A stretch of DNA of 25,471 nt from Salpingoeca rosetta (Eukaryota > Protista > Choanoflagellata), in contig JAWQFM010000013.1 in NCBI GenBank assembly GCA_033442325.1, positions 1,406,448 to 1,431,918 of the forward strand, given 5' to 3'. Position numbers and translations under genes: made by a program. Positions 1-10,589 of the stretch are shown piece by piece; position 1 is the first letter of the stretch; every line of letters starts with the position of its first letter. Under the pieces are notes generated by a model that was not told the DNA's origin, ran no database searches, and was given only the letters and a program-made list of their open reading frames with translations.

Positions 1-228
1 ATCTACCTTTCCGACCCCTCCCCCGTCCCGCAGTTGCTGTGCTGTCCCTCAGCTGGGCGATCGATATGCCGCACCCGCGTCCATAGCACATGGCTCTGCG
101 CTTGGGGTGCAACCATGTCCTGACGTGTCACCCTTCCCTTCCCCTTCCCTCGCCAACCCCCTCCACTCCCTGGCTTTGGTGCGCATTTCAATTGTGTGCA
201 CGTGTGTGTGCTTGGGGCTGGTGTGCTC

Positions 229-298
229 CTTTCTTTCCTCTTTCCTCTTTCCTCGTTCCTCTCTTCTCTTTCCTCTTTCCTCTTTCCTCTTTCCTCTT
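229..298 (+). repeat. Polypyrimidine tract built from degenerate (TTTCCTC)n heptamers
   Basis: tttcctc tttcctc gttcctc … tttcctc tttcctc tttcctc tttcctc read directly from the sequence. Confidence 0.85.
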
Positions 299-552
299 GG
301 CGCCCACTTTTTCTCAGCTCTCCCCTCCCACCGCTTCCCTTTCGCCTTCCGTTCTTTCCCCACCCGCTGCCTCCACCATTGCTTCTCCTTCTGTTGCTTG
401 GGGGAGTGGTTGCGGCCGTTGTATGGCGTGCTATCAACACGGGGGGGGGGCCTTGTGGCTGGTTCCATTGGGTCATTGTGGCTGCTTTTTCTTTTGTTAT
501 TGTTTCCAACCCATGCAGGTGGTTGTGGCCTGTTGACAGCCAACCAACCAAC

Positions 553-554
<2 letters not shown>

Positions 555-620
<66 letters not shown>
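555..620 (+). repeat. (CA)33 microsatellite, with a second (CA)n at ~690-729
   Basis: Perfect dinucleotide run. Confidence 0.95.
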
Positions 621-621
<1 letters not shown>

Positions 622-688
622 CGCAGCCAACCAATGCGTGGCCTGGGGATTTGCTTTCAAGCTGCTGTTACTCCTGCTTGCAACCCCA

Positions 689-730
<42 letters not shown>

Positions 731-1165
731 TTGAGCTTTTGTTCTGTTCCTTCTTCTCCCAAGCGTTTTGTCCGACGTGTAGCTTCGGGTGCGGCCGCTG
801 TTGGTCCGGGTTGGCTGTGGTTGGTGCTTGGTGGTGACATCATTGCCACATTTCTTGCAGCCGTGCTCTGTGTCTGCACTGGGCGCGCTTTTGTCTTTGT
901 GTGCGTGTGTTGTCAAAGCCGTTATTGCTTGAGCGGACTTTCTTTTCTTTCTTGCTGTCGAACGTTGAGCCAGCCACTGATTCATTTTCCACACTTCCCT
1001 CTCTCTCGCGCACACAACGTGTCAAGTCTGCCAAGCACACTGTCGCTCCCGTGCCCTGCCACCATCACCTGCTGTGCCCAGATCCCATCGCACGACCCGC
1101 TGCCCCCCTTCCCTTCCCTTGTCCCTTCTCCGCCTCCTCCTTTTCTCCCTTCAGCACCACCAAGC

Positions 1166-2763
1166 ATGTCTCGCACCAACGAAGGTTGTGTGCCTTTCTT
1201 GGTGTGCGTGCTTGCAAGCAAGCAACCTTCCTTGCAAACATCACCATCACCACCCTCATACCCATCCATCCATGTCCACAGTTCACGGTTTCTTTGCATC
1301 ACCGCACAACACAGCCCACCTGTGTTGCTCGCCCTGTCCCCTCTCACTCCTCACTCGTTCGCTTCTCGCCTGCCTGTCACCTGTGCGCTGTCGCCTGCTG
1401 CAGATGTGAACGTGTCACCGAGCGTGGGCCCCGCTGAGCCATCCAGCCCCCGAGTGGAAGCCAAGCCAAGCACCCCTGCCGACGTGCATGCAAGCACGCA
1501 AGGCAACGGCCGCCGCCCGGCCAACCCGCCGCCACCAAGGCCCACCCGCAGCCGCGCCTCCCTGCCCACGCAAGGTGGTGCTGCTACGGCCACTCGGCCC
1601 TGCCTTTGCTCTCATGCACGCTGCCACAGCCTTGCTCCGTCTTCATCTGCCTGCATTCACGAGTTTCCCTCACCTCGGTTTGCATACATGCACGCATGCA
1701 ACCCAACCTCACATACGCACGCATGTACATGCGCATGAACTCGCACACTCACACACTCACACATTCACACACTCACGCACATTCACACATGTACGCATGC
1801 ACGGCAGCTTCGGCACAGTTCTCGTTTGAGGACGAACCTGCTGGCCAAGGCGGAGACGGGCGCCCGCGCATGCCAGCAACCCACTCCGTCCCTGCCCTGC
1901 TCGGCGCCAGCACAACAGCCACGGGGGCGGTGCAGCGGGACCTCGAGCAGCGGCGGGTGTCGTCCTCCTCTGTCGCGTCCCGCAGCGAATCTGCATCCCC
2001 AACGGCACTCGCGCAGCTCTCCGACTTGGCCAGTGACGACGACGACGACGGGGGCGACGATTTCGCCATTGCTGTGCAGGTGCAGCAAGGCTCGCAGGTG
2101 GATGCATGCATGCACGGCACGATAGCCCTTGGAGCCACCACTGCTGGTGAGCACAATGGTGCTCCTGATGCCTCTGCGGATGGCGCTGCTACGACCACGT
2201 CGCTTGCCGCCAGTGGTGTCGCTCTCTCGACCATCACCACTGCCAGTGATGCTGCCACTCAAACAAGTCGTGTCGCCAATCCCAGCCCTGCGGTCGCTGG
2301 CACTGCCTCCACCACCACCACCACTGCTGATGATGCGGCCTCAAGCCCTACCGCCGTCGATTCCCTTTCGGCCATGGACGCCATCGCCACGCCTGTCCTG
2401 TCTCCCGTCATTGACACCCCACCCACCTCCACCTCGACCATCACGCCCCGCCCCACCCCAGCCACCACCAGCACCACCAACGCTACGATGACCACCAACG
2501 CTACGATGACCACCAACACGACAGCCACCACCCCGTACCCTGTGCGGGACATTGAGATTGTCGGGGTAAGCGGCACCGTGGGAGCCGTTGATCAGCAGCC
2601 AGCGCGTGCTCTCCGCCGCAACGCCGCCTCCCTCCATCTCCAGCATATGAACACCTCGTCCGCGCTGGGCGTTGGGAGCGGGCGCTTTACACCTGGCTCG
2701 CCTCTGCCGCAAGCACACGAGCACGTGTTTGTCTTCCCGGGTGACAATGATGACCACAACAAC

Positions 2764-2794
<31 letters not shown>

Positions 2795-3255
2795 GGGGCC
2801 CTGGTGGCGGGCACCACGAGCACGGCGCCGTTGACGGCAACCACCACGATGACGCCATTCGCCTGCGCAACGACAGGTTTGTTGCGGCTGTGCTGCGGGT
2901 GCTGGCCCCGCTGGTGTCGCTTGGCCGCCACGTGCCCGTACGCCGGCTGCCCGAGCTTGTTCGCCACGCGTCTCTGGCCCGCCGTAACCGCGGTGGCGCC
3001 AACCCCGCGCCCATGATGGCTGATGGTGTGGCCCTCATCCCGCCAGACAGCGACAACAACGGCAACGATGGCGATGGCGAGCAGCACATGTTTGACAACC
3101 CGCTCGCCAATGGCGGCCCTGGCAATGGTGCTGAGAACGGGGCAGTGCCGCCGCCCAACAGCCCACAGCAGCAACGCCGCCGCCGCCGCCGTGAGCGCGC
3201 GTACGTTCGCATCGGCACGCGGCTCAAGGGCGCCTGGGTCAGCCGCAAACGCTGA
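1166..3255 (+). CDS. Hypothetical low-complexity, probably disordered protein (~545 aa) with a basic C-terminus
   Basis: Exons 1166-1184, 1404-1574 and 1808-3255 join by GT-AG introns, both phase 1, to give MSRTNEDVNVSPSVGPAEP...SLPTQASAQFSFEDEPAG... The last exon is a 1.45 kb GC-rich open frame rich in Ser/Thr/Ala/Pro, with poly-D, poly-T and poly-Q runs and a C-terminal RRRRRRERAYVRIGTRLKGAWVSRKR. A pyrimidine tract plus CAG at 1152-1154 suggests an upstream exon. No family recognised, and the 3' end is uncertain (donor-like GTACGT at 3201). Confidence 0.65.
2473..2520 (+). repeat. Coding 18-nt tandem repeat (TTNATM x2 plus a partial copy)
   Basis: accaccaacgctacgatg twice, then accaccaacacg. 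Confidence 0.9.
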
Positions 3256-4033
3256 GGAGTGGCAGTGAGGGGACGCGCACGTGCGGATGGATGAAGGCAG
3301 CAAGAGCTGTCGCTGAGGTGTCGTGTTGGTGTTTTGTCAAGTTGAGGTCGATCGATGAAGCGATCTCGGTGGTGGTGGTGGTGGTCGATGGTGGCCGGTC
3401 CACTGTCACGGTATCTGACAACAACATGGCCGTTGTGTGCTCCCCGTCCCCCGCCCCTCTTTGTTCCGTGTGCACGTGTGCGTGTATCCATGTGCTCGCC
3501 CATTCTTCCACTTTCAAGTCTTTTTCTCCTTCAATCAAAGTTGCTGCCATTGTTATGGCGGCTGTGGGTGCTGGCCTTGCCTGATGTTATCTTCTCCATG
3601 CGTTTGTTTGTGAAACGTCATTTCACAGGCTTGTTTCCACACAATCAACTGTTTCTTCCCTTTCTTTTCACATGACATCATTTGTCCTACTTGTCTCGTG
3701 TCTTCTTTCGTCACGGCCCTCCTTTTGAGTTGCCTTTCGCCCGAGCGTATCGGTGGGTACCAGATGCGCTTTCATTGCTTGTTTCGTTCCCTTCCCCCCC
3801 CCGCCACTCCTTCTCCTCGCTCTTACCTGAACCCGCTTCACTGCTGATGATCATTTCGTGTGGTGTGTCTTGTCTTGCGATGCGGTTGTTGCTGTCTCGG
3901 TCAAGATTTCAATCAATGTTGACGGTGAATCACAATGCAAAACCCCAAACAAAACAGCGCTTGACGTTCACACACACACACACTTGCATGCACACTCACA
4001 CACACACACACACTCACTCACTCACTCACTCAC

Positions 4034-4067
4034 ACGCGTGTTGACATTGTACGCGTGTTGACATTGT
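4034..4067 (+). repeat. 17-bp perfect tandem duplication
   Basis: acgcgtgttgacattgt x2, directly after a (CA)/(CTCA) tract at ~3969-4035. Confidence 0.9.
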
Positions 4068-4336
4068 ATTGTGGTTGCGGGATTTGTATTAACTGGTGTT
4101 GAAAGGGAGAATGGATGGGAGGTAGGGGCAGCTTAGGAAGAACGCAAGTTAATTCATGCAACGCCAGAAAGACAGGACACACGATAACGAGAACATGGGG
4201 CAAGCAGTTGATGTATTTGCAGTGGCTGTTCGCGGCGCACGAATGCACACCCTCACGCTTGAAGCAAAATGCACATGGCTGAGATGAGCATTCAGGAATC
4301 ACACGACACACGACACGCGGTCGCGTGCTGGCAGCA

Positions 4337-7190
4337 TCACTGGTCGTCCCAGTCAGAGTCGACCTGCGTGTGCACGCGCATGTACATGGTGGTGCTTGTC
4401 TGGCGGCGGGAGCGTCGAACGACGACGACAACGGAGGCGATGATGACAATCAGACCGGCCACACACCCGCCAATGATGCCGAGGAGCGTGGTGAGCGACA
4501 CTGCGGGTGGTGATCATGGTGGTGGTAGTGGTTGGCCGGAGACGAGAGGATGGGATCAGAGTGAGAATATCAGGTCAGAGGAGTGTGAGCAAGCGTGAAA
4601 GTGCGAGTGTGCTGAAAGTGCCTGTGAATGCAAGGGCAAGTCAGGCAGAAGTGTCTGGGGGCCGCAAGTTTAAACGTGGCAGTGCCAACTACACCCAGCA
4701 CAGCAACACAGCACAGCAGCACATGGCGCGCGTGACGCCAGAGAACACAACAGATGCGCACGCAAACAACTCACTATTGCCAATGACACCGCCATCATCA
4801 CCACTGCCGTTGCCGCTACTGCCACTGCTGCTGTGTCCGCTTGAGCCGCGGGTGACAGCCGGCACCTTCTTGCCGCTGCAGTCGCGAGTGGGCGCATCGA
4901 TGCCGCACACAGACCAGTACCCGCTCAGTTCGAGCAGCTGCACCGCGCAGGCAGGGGCGATGGTAACGTGCGAGGAGAAGGAGAGAACGAGGTGAGGCAC
5001 GTTCACAGAGAACGCTTGTCGTTGCCCATGTACACACGCACACATACGCACGCACATACACACACACATGCGCACACATGCGGAAAACGTGTGCCTGTAG
5101 CAAGCACGCAGCGCCGCCGCCCCTCCTCTGGCCCTCTCCAGTGACGCACTCGCTCCACCAACAGGAAAACACGACACATACCACACAACATCCACCAGAC
5201 TACAAACCACCACCAAAGAGACAAACCAGCACCAAGCCCGCACCATGTCTGGGTCGACCAGGTTGTCGTTGATCTGGTCGAGGGCGCGCACGACCTCGGC
5301 ATAGCAGCAGCCGAGGTTGTCGTCAATGCCAGACAGCAGCGCGTGGCACGCGTCGTCGCACGTGGCCGCAGCGCCCGTCGCCTGCGGGAGGGGGGCGTGG
5401 TGATGAAGGAAGCAGTGTTGGTGGTGGTGATAGTGGTGGTGAGATGGGGGACTGCTAACGAAGCCACCGCCGCTCGCATAAACACGCACACACATACACA
5501 CACACATACACACATACACACATACACACAAAGGCGAGCCACTACAACTACCCTCTCCCCCCCCCCTTGTTTTTTTTTTCCTTGTCACCGTCCCTCGCAC
5601 TGCTTGCGTCCCCCTGACCGTGTTGCAGAAACTGGTCGTGCCGTCAAAGGAGACGAGCTCGTTCTCAACAAGAGCAAAGTCGAGAAGTTTAACACCGCAC
5701 GAGTCACCATCATTGTCGGTGGTGCAGAACAACTCGGCAGCGCCCAGAAACTGGTCGACGTACATGTCGAGATGGGGCACCTCCTGTTGCGCGGGGAATC
5801 GGTGGCGTGACGAACGCGGGGGACATGGTGTGGGTGTTCGTGAGTGGGTGGTGGTGAGTCAGAATGTGAGTGAATGTGAGGAGTGAGAGAGGAGACTGGA
5901 AACTTGAATGTTGAAGGTACGCTTCACGACGAACTCAATCCACACCACGCACACGCGCACACGTGTTCGCCCACACGCGTCCACCCACACGCACATGTGT
6001 ACAAACACACGCCACAATGACAAGAACGTACGTCCACATCTTCAAAGTTAATACAGGTTGGAATCAGGTTGAGGAGCTGGCTCCAGCAGGAGGGTGCGCC
6101 CGAATTCGTCTTCTTGCACAATGTTGTCACAGCAGACTTGGCAACCTGATGCAACAGCAGGAGTGAGGGAGGATATCAGCGACGTTAACGATGTCGGCAT
6201 TGGGGATGCGAGGCACATTCAGCCGTGGGTAGCACACTCGCGCACAAAAACAAACATATACACATACATACATCCAAGCGCACACGCGCGCATACACACA
6301 CGCACACGCGCAATTGCATACACACGCGTGCAAAGGCAGTCTACGCACGTCTGAGAACTTCTTCAGGGTGTCCTCGAGCTCGTCAAAGTTGTCGGAGGTA
6401 CATGCGATTGGATCCGTCAGGCAGTCAGATGACACTTGGCCTTGCACTGCAACGAATTTCGAAATGAGACAAACAAATAATGAAAGCATCATCGAGGAAG
6501 AGCGAGCGCAGATATGTACAGGTGAGAGAGTGAGCATGAGTTTGTGTGTCCGTGTGTGTGTCTGTGTTCGCGTGCCCGGGGGAAAACAGGAGAGAGAACC
6601 GTTGGACACAGCGTGCCGTGTGCTGGCGTGGAAGAGTTGAAAAGAAAGCCACATCAAGTCACATCAAGTCACATCAAGTCACATCAAGTCACATCAAGTC
6701 ACATCAAGTCACATCAAGTCACATCAAGTCACATCAAGTCACATCAAGTCACATCAAGTCACATCAAGTCACATCAAGTCACATCAAGTCACATCAAGTC
6801 ACATCAAGTCGTGCTGAAACCCAAAAACGTACGGTCATCGATCAAGGGCTGGAGCGCCTTGATGAGGGGTGGGATGCACTGCAGGCTGAAAGAAATGCCC
6901 TCTGAGGTGGTCAGGCATGATGAGTCAAAGGGAATCCCTGCATCATCGTCGCCATCAAAGGACACGTTGTCGTCGTCGTCATCCAAAACCCCTGCAGCAT
7001 ACAAACGGTAACCGCGTGAGTGCTGGGGGACAGTCACAGCAAACATCGTACGGAACGTGTCACCCCACCGCACATCGTCACACCCATGTGTCAACCACCC
7101 CCCAAAAAAAAAGGAGCCATGACATGTACACGGCAGTTGCCGACCTCGGCGCACACGGCTTGATTCTGTGGCGATGGTCATGACCAACAT
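4337..7190 (-). CDS. Cysteine-rich single-pass (type I-like) membrane protein, ~348 aa, unknown family
   Basis: Minus-strand exons 7190-7145, 6991-6833, 6446-6349, 6145-6032, 5783-5619, 5381-5244, 4937-4775 and 4500-4337. All introns are GT-AG with matching phases (1,1,0,0,0,0,1), 1047 nt in total. The ectodomain has 16 Cys (…FCTTDNDGDSCG…TCDDACHALLSGIDDNLGCCY…WSVCGIDAPTRDC), then a Gly/Ser linker, TM helix LLGIIGGCVAGLIVIIASVVVVV, stop-transfer RRSRR, and tail QTSTTMYMRVHTQVDSDWDDQ*. The last exon is missing from the ORF track. The start is uncertain because there is no strong signal peptide. Confidence 0.8.
6651..6810 (+). repeat. Perfect decamer minisatellite (ACATCAAGTC)16, in intron 2 of the minus-strand gene
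   Basis: 16 identical head-to-tail 10-mers with no spacers. Confidence 0.98.
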
Positions 7191-7456
7191 GCTGGACCGG
7201 TCTAGTGAGCTGCTTGTATTTGCTATTCACTATGACGGCATCGAACGACGTCAAAATTGACCAAAACGGGGCTACACTATCTACAAGTTATACTACTCTC
7301 ACGTCTTTTTGATGGTGAGCAGGCCGTCAGGAACTCATATGGACAGAGGTAGCGTGAGTACGACTAGTTTTCCTTGCTATGACTGAGTTCTATACGATGT
7401 GCAAATGCTGACTCCACACCAAAACGCTGTGTCTGTGTGTGTCTGTGTGCCTGTGT

Positions 7457-7506
<50 letters not shown>

Positions 7507-7771
7507 GTGTGTGTTTGTGTGTCTGTGTCTGTGTGTGTCTGTGTCTGTGTGTGTGTGTCTGTGTGTGGGTGTGTCTTCGTGTCTTTCTGTGTGCCTGTGT
7601 GTCTGTGTGTGCTTGTGTCTGTGTCTGTCCTCTTCTCTCATGCAGTGCAGCACACGTACTTCACAGTAGCTCAAGACCGCTGCCAGCCAGCAAGCAAACC
7701 AAGCCAAGCCAAGTCAAGCCAAGCAACGCCCGCAACACGTTCATACACCAAACCTTAGTCACACTGTCGAC
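7191..7771. promoter_or_regulatory. Divergent (head-to-head) intergenic region between the Cys-rich membrane protein gene and grpE
   Basis: About 580 bp between opposite-facing start codons. It contains a non-repetitive stretch (7200-7425), a degenerate (GT)n tract (~7428-7627) and (AAGCC)-type pentamers (~7692-7724). Promoter function is inferred from position only. Confidence 0.45.
7428..7627 (+). repeat. Degenerate (GT)n/(GTGTCT)n microsatellite
   Basis: Read directly from the sequence. Confidence 0.9.
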
Positions 7772-9146
7772 ATGAGTAGTCAAGTGATGCGCATGTGCAC
7801 CAGCACCCTGCGTGTACTTCCACGCGCGGGTGGCCTTGTTGCCCCTCGAGCCGCCTTTGCGCAGCCACACCTCGTTCACCAGAGGCCGGCGGGCTCGGGA
7901 TTTGCACGGTTCATTTCCTTCAAGTCCTTCATGGGCAGCAATGACAAGCAAGGTGTGTGTGTGATTGTGTGTGTGTGTGTGTTATGGTGTGTGCTTGTGA
8001 TTGTGTGTGACTGTGTGTGATTGTGTGTGTGTGTGTGATCACATCAAATGAGTTTGTATCTGGCGCGTCGTTGTTGCAGCTTCCTCGCTCGTGTGGACCC
8101 GATTTTGCACATCCCCGCTGTCACATTTGTTGCGAATGCACGCACACGCACACATGTCTTGCTTTTGTTTCGCTCTGCTCATGGCCATACCACTACCATC
8201 ATCACTACCACGACTACACTGAAGAGGAGAGCAAGGCAGATGACAACAAGTCCGAAACAACCCAAGCACAAGAACAACAGCAGCAAGCACAAGGCCAGGA
8301 GGGCGCTTCGGCTCAGGACGCCGCGAGTGAAGCTGACCCGCACGTTACAGAACTCGAGCAGCAGCTGAAAACTGCCCAGGAAGAAGCAAAGGACCTCAAG
8401 GTGCATGCATCCGCATTCTGGTGCACTGTGTTCCTACTGCTGGCTATGTGGTCGACAAACATTTCCTGCTATCGCCGCAGAGTTGTCGCCCCACTGGTTT
8501 GCTCCTGTGCGTGATGCCATGGTCGTGCACTCACAGCTGTGTACATTTGTGTGTGTGTGTGTGCGTGTGTCTGTGTGTGTGTTTATGCTACAATGTTGCT
8601 GGTGTTTTGTTTCTTTGTTTGAACAGGAGAAGTACCTGCGTGCGCTTGCGGAGATGGAGAATGTGCGGGAGCGTGCACGCCACCAAGTCGAGGACGCCAA
8701 ACACTACGGCATCCAGAAGTTTGCAAAGGACATGCTTGAGATTGCAGATGTTCTCCAGGTGATGCGTTCACACTCGTTTTGTGTACGTGTGTGGGTGTGG
8801 GTGTGTGCATGATGTGTGGGCACGTGCGCAACTGTGTGTGCGTGAGTTCCGCAGTTGGTTGCGTTTGTGCGGCCTCGAGCATAGCTGCCTGCACCGCTGC
8901 AATACAACTTCCAACATGGCAAGGCGCCAGCTCACATGTGCGCACCGTGCGTTGTTGTGGATCCAGCTTGCCCTTGACAACGTGCCCCAGGATGCCAAGG
9001 AGCACGGTGACGCTCAGGCGCTCAGAGACCTGAACGACGGCCTTCAGACGTACGTGTGTGTGTGTGTGTGTGTCTGTGTGGGTGGGTGTTTGTGTGTGTG
9101 TGTGTGTGTCTGTGTGTCTGTGTGTCTGTGTTTGTGGGTGGATGGG

Positions 9147-9180
<34 letters not shown>

Positions 9181-9944
9181 CTTCTGTGTCTCTGTCTGCC
9201 TGTATGTGTGTGTGTTAATGTATTTGTACATGTCGTGCGTGCGTGTGGTGCTCGGGTGCCTGTTTTCTTGCTGGGTGTCTTGTGGTTTTCTGCGCCTATC
9301 GCTGCGTTACATGCGTACCATACCACACCCGGCACCCCGTCTCGCACGCGCACGCGCACGCGCACGCGCACGCACTTACAGACAAACACTTGCGCTGTCA
9401 CTTTCAACCCCCCCCCCCCTGCGCATACACGAACCAAACCTCTGCCAGGACGAACAAGCTGCTGCACAACATCTTCGAGCGCCACCAGTTGCACTTGCTG
9501 AACCCCGTCGGCGAGAAGTTTGATCCAAACCACGTGCGTGAATGCCCCCTTTGTGCGCATTGTCTCCCGCGCAAGCTGCATCATTTTGCGTCAAGTTGCT
9601 GTTGACAGAGCTGTGACGTCTCTTGTGTGACTGGCCCTTTTGCTGCTCCTGCCCCACGTCGCCCCGCTTGTACTATAACCGTTCTCCTTGGCTCACGCAC
9701 TCACCTGTGTTCGCATACTCGTTGAAACTCGCACACCCATGCATTCATTTTTCACACACACACCAACACACACACACCAACACACACACACACACACACA
9801 CACACACAGCATGATGCGCTGTTTGAGGTTCCTCCGAGCGATGATGCGACGAGCGGCACGGTGGCTGTGGTGACCAAGGCTGGCTACTCGCTCAACGGCC
9901 GCACCATCCGCCCAGCACAGGTTGGCGTGGTTGCAAAGAAGTAG
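7772..9944 (+). CDS. grpE: Mitochondrial GrpE/Mge1 nucleotide-exchange factor for mtHsp70 (~263 aa)
   Basis: Exons 7772-7952, 8225-8400, 8627-8758, 8967-9049, 9449-9533 and 9810-9944 are phase-consistent (792 nt). GrpE motifs: [58 protein letters not shown]. The N-terminus is Arg/Ser-rich with no acidic residues over its first ~57 aa, like a mitochondrial presequence. The exon 1/2 junction is the least certain. Confidence 0.95.
9053..9214 (+). repeat. Intronic degenerate (GT)n tract (grpE intron 4)
   Basis: Begins just after the donor GTACGT at 9050. Confidence 0.9.
9753..9808 (+). repeat. Intronic (CA)n tract abutting the 3' splice site (grpE intron 5)
   Basis: …cacacacacacacag|catgatgcg. 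Confidence 0.9.
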
Positions 9945-10589
9945 GAATAACATCGCCATTGACGTGACATGTCGTGCGTGTCCACCACAGCTGTGACTGT
10001 GACGTGTGACATCTCGAAGACCTGCTTTGCCTGTATGACCCTGTGTCATGCGCCTCGCAACGCCCAAGTAAAACGAAAGAATGTGCAAACGACACACAGA
10101 AATGAAATTGCTGACAGTGTCATTTGATGCAAACTGCGCATTTTTGTGAACACAAAACCTCAACCCACAACCCCCTTGCGGGTAAATCGTTCCCGCGGTT
10201 TCGCGCTGTGAGGAGCGCCGCTGTGCTTGTCTTCCTTCCTTCTGTTTTCACAATCACACCCCATTGCTGTTATTATTGCACACAAAGCAACACACACACA
10301 CACATATACACACACATACACGCACACACACACAGGCGTGAGTGTGATCTCCCACGCTACGCGTACTGTCTTACTGTGAGCAGAGGAATCTCTTCTTCCA
10401 CTCAGGGACGCCTTGGCAGCCCGCTGCGTGCGTCGCGTTTTAGACTGTGATCCACGGTGCCCTCTCCCTTGTCCTTGCACGCGTTTCATTGCGGTGTTGT
10501 TGACATTTCCTGTTTCGCTCGTGGACACGCCCAGACCAAGCCAGCAAGCATCCCCCTTGGCCCGTCTTCTCTTCTCGGATGGAGGTGGC

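Noticed and set aside
3-1738. Long ORFs 107-1738(+), 49-879(-) and 3-617(-)
   Set aside because: They are open only because (CA)n/(GT)n and pyrimidine heptamer repeats lack stops (HTHT, CVCV and ERGK translations). Only 1166-1184 and 1404-1574 look exonic.
2341-3503. Antisense ORFs 2341-3303 and 2592-3503
   Set aside because: These are shadows of the GC-rich coding exon on the + strand, with no recognisable motifs.
4689-5780. 363-aa ORF as a single-exon gene
   Set aside because: It reads through two in-frame GT-repeat introns (CVCV stretches) bounded by clear GT-AG sites. The real exons are 5783-5619, 5381-5244 and 4937-4775.
6651-6810. Possible CRISPR array, or coding repeat (HQVTSSHIKS)n in ORFs 6544-7011 and 6546-6905
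   Set aside because: No spacers, eukaryotic context, and it lies within an intron of the opposite-strand gene.
7331-7390. Short inverted repeat gaactca…tgagttc suggesting a structured ncRNA or snoRNA
   Set aside because: Only a 7-bp stem with no C/D, H/ACA or tRNA features, so it is compatible with chance.
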